From: Bacteroidales bacterium
GTDB taxonomy: Bacteria > Bacteroidota > Bacteroidia > Bacteroidales > JAUNSR01
Length of the DNA: 64,000 nucleotides
Reading direction: 5' to 3'
Assembly: GCA_036655755.1 (NCBI GenBank)
Contig: JAVVPN010000004.1
Coordinates: 5,143-69,142 of the forward strand
A program made the position numbers and the translations under genes. The notes beneath the pieces were generated by a model. The model did no database searches. It saw only the letters and a program-made list of their open reading frames with translations, and was not told the origin of the DNA. Shown here in pieces: positions 48,257 through 58,059 of this stretch (the stretch's first letter is position 1; each line of letters starts with the position of its first letter).

Positions 48257-49939
48257 TTGATCATGAAAAAAACTATTAATATTTCGGTAAGAAAAATGGT
48301 TCCGCTCTTTCTGGCGGGAGCCTTTGTTGGTTCGGTCGGATGCACATCCGATTTTGAGAGCATCAATAATAATCCGAATGGATTGGATGCAAATCAAATT
48401 CCTGTAGAATCGCGGTTTGCAATGCCGATGCAATCAATCTATCTGAATTATCAGAATCGCGATTATGAATATCAGCTTCAGCAGAATCTGAATGCCGACT
48501 TGTATTCGGGTTATCTGGCTAATCCGACTCCGTTTGGCGGAAACAATAACAACTCTACTTATTCATTGAATGATGGATGGAATAACGTTCCGTTTAAAGC
48601 CGGGCTATTGTATGTTATGAAGCCTGTTGCCCAGATTATCGAATCGGCCGGCGAGATGGGTTATTCCGATTATATCGCTTTGGCTAAGATCATTCGGGTG
48701 GCAGCTATTCACAGGGTATCGGATATTTATGGGCCGGTACCTTACAGTAAAGCGATGCAGGGAGGACAAAGCGTACCTTACGATTCGCAGGAGTCGCTTT
48801 ATAATCAATTTTTTAATGAGTTGGAAGAGGCTGCCAATAGCCTGACTACTTTTGTGGATACCGATCCGGCGGCAGCTAATGCACGTATCAAATCGTTCGA
48901 TCAGATGTGTGAAGGCGATTACGTACGCTGGATTCGTTTTGCCAATACTTTGCGTTTGCGCCTGGCTATGCGTATTGTAAAAGTAAATCCGACCAAAGCT
49001 AAAGAGGAGGCCGAAGCTGCTATCGCTCAGAAATATGGTGTACTTACAAGTGCAGATAAAAATATCGAAGTGAAGAGCGATATTCTTACCAATCCGTTGC
49101 AGGTAATTTGTTTTGCATATAACGATTGCCGTGTAGGAGCTTCTTATGAGTCAATTCTGAAAGGTTATGCCGATCCGCGTTTGGAAAAAACAATGTTGCC
49201 GATCGGGTGGATGAAAAAAGATGGAGAGCCAAGAGATATTTTGGATAAGGAAGGAAAACCACTCGGATATATCGGTAAATACGTGGGAATCCGTCAGGGT
49301 GCAATTCTGCCGGATAAGAGCAATTATGAAATGTACTCGAATATCAACATGTCTGCAACTGATAAATCGACCATGAGCTATCCATTGCCAATTATGAAGG
49401 TTGCTGAAGCTTATTTTCTACGTGCAGAAGGTGCGTTGCGAGGCTGGAACGTTGGTGGCTCGGCTCAGGAGTTGTATGAAGAAGGAATCCGTGTCTCTTT
49501 TAACGAACATGATATTTCGTCAAGCGCGTACGATACTTATATTGCAGACGATACACGGATGGCCGCCGATTATGTGGATCCGTTTAATACCGGAAACAAT
49601 ATTAAAGGAGTTAACAAGGTAACTGTTAAATGGGATAATGGTGCTGATAATGAAGTGAAACTTCAGAAAATCATTACTCAGAAATGGATTGCCATGTTCC
49701 CCGAAGGTCAGGAAGCATGGAGTGAATTCCGTCGTACCGGCTATCCGAAGTTGTTCCCGGTTGTAGAGAACAGAAGTGGAGGAGCTATTCCGAATGGCGA
49801 ATTCATTAAACGTTTGCCTTTCACACTGGATGAACGTAATACGAACCTGCCTGCAGTTGAAGAGGCTCGACAGTTGTTGAACGGTCCGGATAATGCCGGA
49901 ACACGTTTGTGGTGGGATGTAAATAAAGCAAATTTTTAA
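48257..49939 (+). CDS. SusD/RagB-family nutrient-binding lipoprotein
   Basis: It starts 5 nt after susC. It has a lipobox (GSVGC) and the C-terminal signature WSEFRRTGYPKL. Confidence 0.85.
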   Translation: MIMKKTINISVRKMVPLFLAGAFVGSVGCTSDFESINNNPNGLDANQIPVESRFAMPMQSIYLNYQNRDYEYQLQQNLNADLYSGYLANPTPFGGNNNNSTYSLNDGWNNVPFKAGLLYVMKPVAQIIESAGEMGYSDYIALAKIIRVAAIHRVSDIYGPVPYSKAMQGGQSVPYDSQESLYNQFFNELEEAANSLTTFVDTDPAAANARIKSFDQMCEGDYVRWIRFANTLRLRLAMRIVKVNPTKAKEEAEAAIAQKYGVLTSADKNIEVKSDILTNPLQVICFAYNDCRVGASYESILKGYADPRLEKTMLPIGWMKKDGEPRDILDKEGKPLGYIGKYVGIRQGAILPDKSNYEMYSNINMSATDKSTMSYPLPIMKVAEAYFLRAEGALRGWNVGGSAQELYEEGIRVSFNEHDISSSAYDTYIADDTRMAADYVDPFNTGNNIKGVNKVTVKWDNGADNEVKLQKIITQKWIAMFPEGQEAWSEFRRTGYPKLFPVVENRSGGAIPNGEFIKRLPFTLDERNTNLPAVEEARQLLNGPDNAGTRLWWDVNKANF

Positions 49940-49960
49940 GAAGATAAATCAAGATGAATT

Positions 49961-49992
49961 AAAGGTCCGGTAATAAAACCGGACCTTTTTTT
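49961..49992 (+). terminator. Intrinsic terminator after the susD-like gene
   Basis: AAAGGTCCGGT-AATAAA-ACCGGACCTTT is followed by TTTTT. Confidence 0.8.
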
Positions 49993-50112
49993 AATTAAAA
50001 TATTGCCAGAAAGGGATAAGGGTATATATAACATTTAAAATTATATGTTAAGTTTGTAAGCGAATCCAAGGAAAACATGTCTGAATAACACTATATCTTT
50101 AAATATCACTTT

Positions 50113-51669
50113 ATGAAAAAAATTCATCACTTATTTTGTTTTTGCACCCTATTGCTTCTGGGGGCCTTCTCTGTGAAGGCGGACAATACCACGAAAAAAC
50201 CGAGGATCGGTATCGTGGGCATGGCAATCGAATGCAGTACCTTCTCGCCGGCTCAAACAGCCGAATCTGCATTTCGTGTAAAGAAAGAAGAATCTGTTTT
50301 TGATTTATATCCGTTTTTGAAAGAGGGGTCCGAATTGCGAAATAAAGCGATTTGGCTTCCGGCAATGGTGTCTCGTGCTACCCCGGGAGGTATCGTTACA
50401 CGCGAGGCGTATGAATCGTTGATTTCGCAAAGCCTTGAACTGGTTAAAAAGAATATGCCTTACGATGCGATCTATCTTGATATCCATGGAGCTATGAGCG
50501 TAGTGGGGATGGATGATCCCGAAGGCGATTTTATTATCCGTCTGCGTGAAGTGGTGGGTGGCAAACCTGTTATCTCTACTTCGATGGACCCACACGGTTG
50601 TGTAAGTCATCGTTTGGCTCAGAATACCGATTTGATCACCTGTTTCCGTATGGCGCCACACGAAGATTCGCAAATTTCACGTCAGCGTGCGGTTGAGAAT
50701 CTGGTAGAGCGTATTGAAAGCGGTAAAGGCAAACCGAAATACAAAGCGTGGGTGTATGTTCCGATTTTGTTACCGGGCGAAAAAACCAGTACGCGTATTG
50801 ATCCGGGTAAATCGCTTTATGCGAAAGTTCCTGTACTGACAGACGCTAAAAAAGGTGTTGTAGATGGTGGTATCTGGATTTCGTATGCATGGGCGGACGA
50901 GCCGCGTAACCATGGTACAGTCATGGTAGTTGGCGACGATAAAAAAGAGGTGGCACAATCGGCTGCCGAACTGGCAAAAAGTTTCTGGAATGTAAGAGAT
51001 CAGTTTGAATTCGTAGCTCCTACGGCTAGCCTTGATGAATGTCTTGCGGCTGGTTTTGCAAGTACTAAAAAGCCATATTTTATAAGTGATATGGGTGATA
51101 ACCCTACCGCGGGGGGAGCTGGTGATGTAACCTGGACGCTTCATGAATTATTTAAACGTGAAGAGTTGAAGAAGGCAGGCGGACCAAACTTTATTTATGC
51201 GTCTATTCCGGGGCCGGAATTGGTCGAAGCTGCTATCAAAGCAGGAAAAGGAAATGAAGTGTCGGGATTTGCCGGCGCAAAAGAAGATGCTCGCTATTCG
51301 GGTCCGATTCAGATTTCCGGTATTGTTGAGGCGATCCGTATTTCAGATACTAATAAAGAGGTGGTGATTCGCAGTGGTTCGATGCACATTATCGTTACTG
51401 AAAAACGAAAAGGATATCATTATGAACGTGATTTCGTGAATTTAGGATTGAATCCGCGTACGGCTGATATCGTAATGGTGAAACTGGGTTATCTGACGGA
51501 AGAGTTATACGAAATTCAGGCTGACTGGATGATGGCGCTGACAAAAGGTGGCGTAGATCAGGATTTGCTGAATTTGCCATACAAACGTATCCATCGCCCG
51601 ATGTATCCGCTTGATCCGGATATGAAAACACCGAAACTGAAAGTAGAGTTTATTCCACAATCGAAATAA
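50113..51669 (+). CDS. M81 (MlrC-like) family metallopeptidase with signal peptide
   Basis: The 518-aa protein has RIGIVGMAIECSTFSP, resembling the MlrC N-terminal motif. A predicted signal peptide, MKKIHHLFCFCTLLLLGAFSVKA, is present. The family call is from memory. Confidence 0.7.
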   Translation: MKKIHHLFCFCTLLLLGAFSVKADNTTKKPRIGIVGMAIECSTFSPAQTAESAFRVKKEESVFDLYPFLKEGSELRNKAIWLPAMVSRATPGGIVTREAYESLISQSLELVKKNMPYDAIYLDIHGAMSVVGMDDPEGDFIIRLREVVGGKPVISTSMDPHGCVSHRLAQNTDLITCFRMAPHEDSQISRQRAVENLVERIESGKGKPKYKAWVYVPILLPGEKTSTRIDPGKSLYAKVPVLTDAKKGVVDGGIWISYAWADEPRNHGTVMVVGDDKKEVAQSAAELAKSFWNVRDQFEFVAPTASLDECLAAGFASTKKPYFISDMGDNPTAGGAGDVTWTLHELFKREELKKAGGPNFIYASIPGPELVEAAIKAGKGNEVSGFAGAKEDARYSGPIQISGIVEAIRISDTNKEVVIRSGSMHIIVTEKRKGYHYERDFVNLGLNPRTADIVMVKLGYLTEELYEIQADWMMALTKGGVDQDLLNLPYKRIHRPMYPLDPDMKTPKLKVEFIPQSK

Positions 51670-51687
51670 TTGGTTTAGATAATATAA

Positions 51688-51730
51688 GAAAATGCCCCGA
51701 AGTCATTTCAAATTGACTTCGGGGCATTTT
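51688..51730. terminator. Bidirectional terminator between the M81 peptidase and dcp genes
   Basis: AAAATGCCCCGAAGTCA-TTTCAAA-TTGACTTCGGGGCATTTT. Confidence 0.85.
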
Positions 51731-51755
51731 TATTGCGTTATGTTTAAGATATCTC

Positions 51756-53837
51756 TTAATCGATAATACCGTCGCGGCGCATCAATGCGTCGATGGTAGG
51801 TTCCTGGCCACGGAAACGTTTGTAAAGTTCCATCGGGTCTTCAGTACCTCCTTGAGAAAGGATATTGTCGCGGAACGACTGAGCTGTTTCCTGATCGAAC
51901 AATCCATTTTTCTGGAACAGAGAGAATGCGTCTGCATCTAATACTTCAGCCCATTTGTAGCTGTAATATCCGGCAGCGTAACCTCCTGCGAAGATGTGGC
52001 TGAAAGTAGCTCCTGTCAAAGAACCATCAACAAATGGCAACAACTGAGTTTTACCAACCGCGTTACGCTCGAATTCGGCAAGATCGCCTTCGATAGGAGC
52101 AGTCGTTGTGTGGTAACCCATATCCAGCATACCGAAACTTAGCTGGCGCATACAGCTATAACCTACATTATAGTTTGAAGAGGCTTTGATTTTTTCGATC
52201 AGTTCGGCAGGGATTGTTTCGCCTGTCTGATAATGAGATGCGAAAGTGTCAAGATACTCTTTCTGGCCCATGAAGTTTTCAAGGATCTGTGATGGCAACT
52301 CTACGAAATCGCGGTAAACACTTGTTCCGGACATTGAGCCGTAAGTAGTGTTTGCAAAGATACCGTGAAGCGCATGACCAAATTCGTGTAGGAATGTATT
52401 TGCTTCATCATAAGTAAGCAACGCCGGTTTGTCCTCTGTTGGACGTGTAAAGTTCATTACGATCGTGATGTGCGGACGGCTGTTTTTCTTTCCGTCGATC
52501 CACTGACCTTTAAATTCAGACATCCATGCTCCGGCACGTTTCCCTGCGCGTGGGTGGAAGTCGGTGTATAGAATAGCAAGGTATTTGCCATCTTTGTCGA
52601 ATACTTCGAATGCTTCTACCTCAGGATGGTATACCGGAATTTTTGTATTTTTCTTGAATGTGATACCATATAATTTCGTAGCCAGTCCGAATACTCCTTT
52701 TTTCACGTTTTCAAGCGGGAAGTACGGTTTAAGCATTTCGTCGTTGATCTGATATTTGGCATCTTTCAGTTTTTCTGAATAGTAAGAAAAATCCCAAGGC
52801 ATCAATTCAATCTGTTTTCCTTCCATACCGATCGCGAATCCCTGGATCTCTTTGATCTCCTGTAGAGCGGTAGGGCGGTAAGCTTCTAAAAGCTGGTTTA
52901 ACAGGTTGTAAACATTCTCCTGGTTTTTAGCCATGCGTTTGTCGAGCGCTTGCTCTGCATACGTTTGTTTACCCATCAGCTGAGCGATAGACAGGCGTGT
53001 GGATGCGATTTTACGGATGATATCTGTATTATCGAATTCACCACCTACGCAACGTGACGTATAAGCACGATACAGTTTCTCACGCAAATCACGGCGAGAA
53101 GAGTATTGCATGAATGGGATATAGCTGGTCGCAGAAAGTGTAATCAGATATCCTTCTTTTCCTTTTTGTTTAGCTGCAAGCGCACAAGCTTCTTTGAAAC
53201 TAACCGGAAGACCAGCGGTTTCATCTTCTGTCAATACCATTTCAAAGGCATTCGTAGCTTTCAGTGCGTTTTGTCCGAACTGAAGTGTCAGCTGACCTAA
53301 TTCCTGAGAAAGCGCGCGGTATTTTTCCTTATCGCTGTCATTCAGGGTAGCACCGTTTGATTCAAAACTTTCGAATGTTTTTTTCAACAGGCGTTTTTGC
53401 TCAGGGTTCAGATTGAATTTGTCCTGATTGTCATATACCTCTTTCACGCGGTTGAAAAGAGCCGCATTCAGGATGATGTTGTTTCCGTGTTCAGAAAGCA
53501 TCGGTTGCACTTTCTGAGAAAGCTCCATCATTTCGTCGTTGCTTTCAGAGCTAAGCAGATTATAGAAAGCGTTGCTTACTTTGTCTAAAAGTTTACCGGC
53601 GTTTTCAAGCGCTACGATTGTGTTGTCGAAATCAGGTAATGCGCGGTTGCGAACGATTGCGTTGATTTCAGCATCCGCCTGGCGAATACCTTCTTCAAAA
53701 GCGGGCATATAATGCTCTAATTTGATTTCGTTGAAAGGTACAGCCTCATGGGGCGTTTTATACTTTCCGAAAAACGGATTTGCTGCAGATACAGTCATAC
53801 TTGTTATTAAAAGTACAGATAATAATGTTTTCTTCAT
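51756..53837 (-). CDS. dcp: M3-family peptidyl-dipeptidase (Dcp-like)
   Basis: The 693-aa protein has a signal peptide and the zinc motif LHEFGHALHG. Confidence 0.9.
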   Translation of the reverse strand: MKKTLLSVLLITSMTVSAANPFFGKYKTPHEAVPFNEIKLEHYMPAFEEGIRQADAEINAIVRNRALPDFDNTIVALENAGKLLDKVSNAFYNLLSSESNDEMMELSQKVQPMLSEHGNNIILNAALFNRVKEVYDNQDKFNLNPEQKRLLKKTFESFESNGATLNDSDKEKYRALSQELGQLTLQFGQNALKATNAFEMVLTEDETAGLPVSFKEACALAAKQKGKEGYLITLSATSYIPFMQYSSRRDLREKLYRAYTSRCVGGEFDNTDIIRKIASTRLSIAQLMGKQTYAEQALDKRMAKNQENVYNLLNQLLEAYRPTALQEIKEIQGFAIGMEGKQIELMPWDFSYYSEKLKDAKYQINDEMLKPYFPLENVKKGVFGLATKLYGITFKKNTKIPVYHPEVEAFEVFDKDGKYLAILYTDFHPRAGKRAGAWMSEFKGQWIDGKKNSRPHITIVMNFTRPTEDKPALLTYDEANTFLHEFGHALHGIFANTTYGSMSGTSVYRDFVELPSQILENFMGQKEYLDTFASHYQTGETIPAELIEKIKASSNYNVGYSCMRQLSFGMLDMGYHTTTAPIEGDLAEFERNAVGKTQLLPFVDGSLTGATFSHIFAGGYAAGYYSYKWAEVLDADAFSLFQKNGLFDQETAQSFRDNILSQGGTEDPMELYKRFRGQEPTIDALMRRDGIID

Positions 53838-53872
53838 TTGTCCTTATTTAGGAGTTTCATTTATATATCCAT

Positions 53873-53906
53873 TGTTGGGCATCTCACGTTTAGGTGAGTT
53901 ATGGCG
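53873..53906 (-). repeat. 34-bp conserved intergenic motif, copy C
   Basis: The plus strand reads TGTTGGGCATCTCACGTTTAGGTGAGTTATGGCG, 36 bp upstream of the dcp start. It matches copy A at 31 of 34 positions. Confidence 0.8.
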
Positions 53907-53986
53907 TTTACAGTTGCAAAGAAAAATCTTTTTTGACGATTTAGCAAAAGAACTGGCTTTTCTGTGTGCAAATGTTGCATCTTTCG

Positions 53987-53994
53987 TAAGTTTG
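53987..53994 (+). promoter_or_regulatory. -7 box TAAGTTTG upstream of the LTA-synthase-family gene
   Basis: This is an exact TAnnTTTG match 19 nt upstream of the ATG at 54014. Confidence 0.45.
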
Positions 53995-54013
53995 CAAAAA
54001 GAAAATTACTAAA

Positions 54014-55840
54014 ATGAAGAATAAACTATACACGTTATTGAAGATTTATCTGGGATTCGTGGGAATCTTTGCTTTGCAAAAGCCATTGTTTATGTTATAT
54101 CACCTTTCCTTATATAAAGGGGATACGGCGGCCGAATGGCTCAAGGTGATCTATCACGGGCTGCCGCTCGACTTTTCAATGGCAGGTTACCTGACCATTA
54201 TTCCTGTATTGATGATATTGGTTTCTGTCTGGAAGGAGGGTAGCTGGTTGCGTAAAGCGCTCCATATTTATTTTGCTCTTATAAATATGGTTATCGCCAT
54301 CGTATTTGTGTCGGATCTTGAACTGTATTCTTATTGGGGTTTCCGGCTCGACTCGACTCCGCTGTTTTATCTGAAGTCGCCGGCAAACGCAGCCGCAAGC
54401 GTACCGATGCTGATGATGTTTGTAATGCCGTTGCTGATGTTGCTGACATGGTTTGTATTGTATAAGTTGATGAAGCGCACAACAGACGAACCGGATCCGC
54501 AGGAAACTGATTTCCGGAAGCGCATCATGCAGTCGGCCACTCTGTTCTTGTTATTGGGAATGCTTTTTATTCCGATACGGGGTGGTTTTTCTGTATCGAC
54601 AATGAATGTCGGCAAAGTATATCATAGCACGAACATGCTGTTGAATCATGCGGCTATCAACCCGATGTTCAGCCTTATGACTTCGCTTACCAAGGAGGGT
54701 GACTTTGGTTCGCAATACCGTTTTATGGAGAATGAAGAGGCAGAGCAGGTTTTCTCACTGTTGAAAGATTCACATCGGTTGTCTCAGCAGGAGGAGAACC
54801 TGTTGCATACCAAACGCCCGAATGTCATACTGATTGTACTCGAAAGTTTTTCGGCGAAGATTGTAGAACCTTTGGGCGGAATTTCCGAGGTAGCTCCTAC
54901 CATGAATCGGTTATATGATGAGGGAATAGCATTTACTAATTTTTATGCCAACAGTTTCCGTACGGATCGTGGGTTGGTATCCATTTTAAGCGGATACCCG
55001 GCGCAACCTTCTACTTCGATCATGAAATATCCGGCCAAAACCCAATCGTTACCCTCGTTGTCGGGTACATTGAAAAACGCAGGATACGATCTTGAGTTTT
55101 TATATGGTGGCGATGCCGATTTTACCAATATGCGGAGCTATTTTATGAGTGCCGGATTCAATCGTATCGTGGCCGATCAGGATTTTCCGGTAGCAGACCG
55201 GTTGTCGAAATGGGGAGTGAACGATGAAAAGACATTCCGTTTTCTCTCAGAATCGTTGAAAGAGCAATCGCAACCTTTTATGAAAATGTTTCTGACGCTA
55301 AGCAGTCATGAGCCATTCGATGTGCCGATGCATAAGTTTGATGATCCTTATCTAAACTCAGTTGCCTATACAGACAGTTGTCTGGGTGTATTTATGGATG
55401 AATTGAAGGCTTCCCCTTTGTGGGATAATACCTTGGTGATTCTGGTACCCGACCATGCGATGCATTATCCGGCTTCTATTTCGATTTCCGAGCCCGGACG
55501 TTACCATATTCCGATGATATGGGCGGGAGGCGCGATTTCTAAACCGCAACGAATCGACACGTATGGATCGCAAATAGATATCGCAGCCTCTTTGTTGCAT
55601 CAAATGCAATTGCCCTATGATGATTTTACATTTAGTAAAGACCTATTCAATACGAATAACCGGCAATTTGCTTATTATACATTCAAAGACGGATTCGGTA
55701 TCCTTAAAGATTCGGCAACTTTCGTGTATGATTGTGCTTCCGACCGGGCGATTATGCGCACGGATAATGCCGATCGTGAAATCGAGCAAGAGGGGAAAGC
55801 TTTTTTGCAATGTTTGTATAACGATCTGGATAAAAGATAG
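54014..55840 (+). CDS. LTA-synthase-family membrane sulfatase/phosphoglycerol-transferase-like protein
   Basis: The protein has five N-terminal transmembrane helices, then a sulfatase domain (NVILIVLESFSAK, DHAMHYP). Confidence 0.75.
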   Translation: MKNKLYTLLKIYLGFVGIFALQKPLFMLYHLSLYKGDTAAEWLKVIYHGLPLDFSMAGYLTIIPVLMILVSVWKEGSWLRKALHIYFALINMVIAIVFVSDLELYSYWGFRLDSTPLFYLKSPANAAASVPMLMMFVMPLLMLLTWFVLYKLMKRTTDEPDPQETDFRKRIMQSATLFLLLGMLFIPIRGGFSVSTMNVGKVYHSTNMLLNHAAINPMFSLMTSLTKEGDFGSQYRFMENEEAEQVFSLLKDSHRLSQQEENLLHTKRPNVILIVLESFSAKIVEPLGGISEVAPTMNRLYDEGIAFTNFYANSFRTDRGLVSILSGYPAQPSTSIMKYPAKTQSLPSLSGTLKNAGYDLEFLYGGDADFTNMRSYFMSAGFNRIVADQDFPVADRLSKWGVNDEKTFRFLSESLKEQSQPFMKMFLTLSSHEPFDVPMHKFDDPYLNSVAYTDSCLGVFMDELKASPLWDNTLVILVPDHAMHYPASISISEPGRYHIPMIWAGGAISKPQRIDTYGSQIDIAASLLHQMQLPYDDFTFSKDLFNTNNRQFAYYTFKDGFGILKDSATFVYDCASDRAIMRTDNADREIEQEGKAFLQCLYNDLDKR

Positions 55841-55958
55841 AAACAATCCTGTTAGGCAAAATGATTTATTGTAAGTAAAAAGATTTCTTTTGTAGTAAAA
55901 TGTAATAAATTATAGAAAATAAATTGCAAAATTACTTGCATGGTAAGGATGGGGTGCT

Positions 55959-55966
55959 TACATTTG
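55959..55966 (+). promoter_or_regulatory. -7 box TACATTTG for the ilv leader transcript
   Basis: This is an exact TAnnTTTG match 29 nt upstream of the leader ATG at 55996. Confidence 0.5.
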
Positions 55967-55995
55967 CAACATCATTAGCAAAAAATAATATAAAA

Positions 55996-56064
55996 ATGGT
56001 ATCTATTTACGCACATATTCTTGTGGTCATTTCTCTTATTACTATTCTGGTCGTCTTGGCATAG
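55996..56064 (+). CDS. ilv operon leader peptide (22 aa, 14 of them Ile/Leu/Val)
   Basis: Read directly from the sequence: ATG GTA TCT ATT TAC GCA CAT ATT CTT GTG GTC ATT TCT CTT ATT ACT ATT CTG GTC GTC TTG GCA TAG = MVSIYAHILVVISLITILVVLA*. Confidence 0.7.
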   Translation: MVSIYAHILVVISLITILVVLA

Positions 56065-56067
56065 AGT

Positions 56068-56078
56068 AGAGAGGGGCT
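56068..56078 (+). promoter_or_regulatory. Antiterminator segment of the ilv attenuator
   Basis: AGAGAGGGGCU can pair over 11 bp (two of them G.U) with AGCCUUUCUCU at 56124..56134. That target is the 5' arm of the terminator. Confidence 0.55.
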
Positions 56079-56117
56079 GTATATGAATATGTAGTATATA
56101 ATATTAAAAATATTTTA

Positions 56118-56162
56118 AACGAAAGCCTTTCTCTGTATCGAGAAGGGCTTTCGTTTTTTTAT
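56118..56162 (+). terminator. ilv attenuator terminator
   Basis: AACGAAAGCCUUUCUC-UGUAUC-GAGAAGGGCUUUCGUU forms a 16-bp stem with one G.U pair, followed by UUUUUUAUU. It lies 50 nt upstream of the ilvD ATG. Confidence 0.75.
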
Positions 56163-56211
56163 TCAACGATAGGATACGCGGTAAAAGGTATAAAAAATAG
56201 ATTCTGCATAA

Positions 56212-58041
56212 ATGAAACATACATTACGAAGTGCACAGAGTACACAAGGACGCCGTATGGCGGGGGCACGCGCTTTATGGCGCGCGAATGGGATGAAAGA
56301 AGAGATGATCGGCAAACCGGTGATCGCCATCGTAAACTCGTTCACTCAATTTGTGCCCGGACATGTCCATTTGCATGAAATCGGTCAGTTTGTGAAGTCA
56401 AAGATCGAAGAGTTGGGGTGTTTTGCAGCCGAGTTCAATACAATTGCGATCGACGACGGTATCGCAATGGGGCACGATGGGATGCTGTATTCGCTCCCTT
56501 CGCGCGATCTGATTGCCGACAGCGTAGAGTATATGGTAAATGCTCATAAAGCGGATGCCATGATTTGCATCAGCAACTGCGATAAAATCACTCCGGGAAT
56601 GCTGATGGCGGCGATGCGACTTAATATTCCTGCGATTTTTGTATCGGGAGGTCCGATGGAAGCAGGCGATCTGAATGGGAAAAAACTCGACTTGATCGAT
56701 GCGATGGTGCAGGCTGCCGACGATTCTGTAAATGATGAAACCGTACAACAAGTAGAACGGAATGCATGTCCTTCATGCGGATGTTGCTCCGGAATGTTTA
56801 CTGCCAATTCGATGAACTGTCTGAATGAGGTTTTGGGAATGGCACTCCCCGGAAATGGAACTATTTTGGCAACACACTCGAATCGCAAAGGCCTATTTGA
56901 AAAAGCCGCACGGCAGATTGTGGAAAATACCTATAAATATTACCGCGATGGCGACGACTCGGTACTTCCGCGCTCGATTGCTACGCGCGATGCTTTCTTA
57001 AACTCAATGACGCTTGATATCGCAATGGGCGGATCGACCAATACGATTCTGCATTTGCTGGCCATTGCGCAGGAGGCGGGGACCCATTTTACGATGGAAG
57101 ATATTCATCAGCTTTCGTTAAAAACTCCGGTTTTATGTAAAGTGGCGCCAAATTCGCCCGATTATCATGTTCAAGACGTGAATCGCGCGGGTGGAATCTT
57201 ATCGATCATGGCCGAGCTGGATAAAGGGGGACTGGTAGCGCGAAATGTATATCGGGCAGATGGTCTGACTCTTGGCGAGGCAATCGACCGGTTCGCACTT
57301 TCGGATCAATTGAAAACAGAAGAAGCATTGCGGTTATGGCGTTCGGCGCCGGCCAATCGCTTTAATCTGCAGTTGGGATCACAAGAATCATATTATAAAG
57401 AACTCGATACGGATCGCACTAATGGTTGTATCCGCGATATGGCGCATGCTTTTGTAAAAGATGGCGGACTGGCGGTGCTTCGCGGGAATATTGCTCCCGA
57501 CGGTTGTGTCGTAAAGACTGCCGGAGTAGATGCTTCGATCTTCCATTTCACAGGGCCCGCAAAAGTATTTCAGTCGCAAGACGCAGCATGCGAGGGGATT
57601 CTGAACGGCAGTGTGCAAAGCGGCGATGTGGTGGTAATCGTATACGAAGGCCCGAAAGGGGGCCCGGGGATGCAAGAAATGCTTTATCCAACATCCTATA
57701 TTAAATCACGCCATTTGGGCAAAGCGTGCGCGCTGATTACGGATGGTCGCTTTTCGGGCGGAACTTCCGGATTATCGATCGGTCACATCTCGCCCGAGGC
57801 GGCGGCCGGAGGAAATATTGGCCTGGTGCGGGATGGTGATTTAATTGAAATAGATATTGCGAACCGTACGATACAGGTGCTGGTTAGCGACGAAGAGTTG
57901 GCTCAGCGTCGTAACCTGGAATTGGCGCGGGGAGCGGATGCTTTTACGCCGGCCCCCCGTGAACGCTATGTTTCGAAGGCGTTGCAAGCGTACGCAAAAA
58001 TGGTTAGTTCGGCAGACAAAGGTGCCGTTCGGATAATTTAA
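56212..58041 (+). CDS. ilvD: Dihydroxy-acid dehydratase
   Basis: The protein shows [22 protein letters not shown] and [18 protein letters not shown]. Confidence 0.95.
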   Translation: MKHTLRSAQSTQGRRMAGARALWRANGMKEEMIGKPVIAIVNSFTQFVPGHVHLHEIGQFVKSKIEELGCFAAEFNTIAIDDGIAMGHDGMLYSLPSRDLIADSVEYMVNAHKADAMICISNCDKITPGMLMAAMRLNIPAIFVSGGPMEAGDLNGKKLDLIDAMVQAADDSVNDETVQQVERNACPSCGCCSGMFTANSMNCLNEVLGMALPGNGTILATHSNRKGLFEKAARQIVENTYKYYRDGDDSVLPRSIATRDAFLNSMTLDIAMGGSTNTILHLLAIAQEAGTHFTMEDIHQLSLKTPVLCKVAPNSPDYHVQDVNRAGGILSIMAELDKGGLVARNVYRADGLTLGEAIDRFALSDQLKTEEALRLWRSAPANRFNLQLGSQESYYKELDTDRTNGCIRDMAHAFVKDGGLAVLRGNIAPDGCVVKTAGVDASIFHFTGPAKVFQSQDAACEGILNGSVQSGDVVVIVYEGPKGGPGMQEMLYPTSYIKSRHLGKACALITDGRFSGGTSGLSIGHISPEAAAGGNIGLVRDGDLIEIDIANRTIQVLVSDEELAQRRNLELARGADAFTPAPRERYVSKALQAYAKMVSSADKGAVRII

Positions 58042-58059
58042 TCGTTTAAAGAGAATGTT

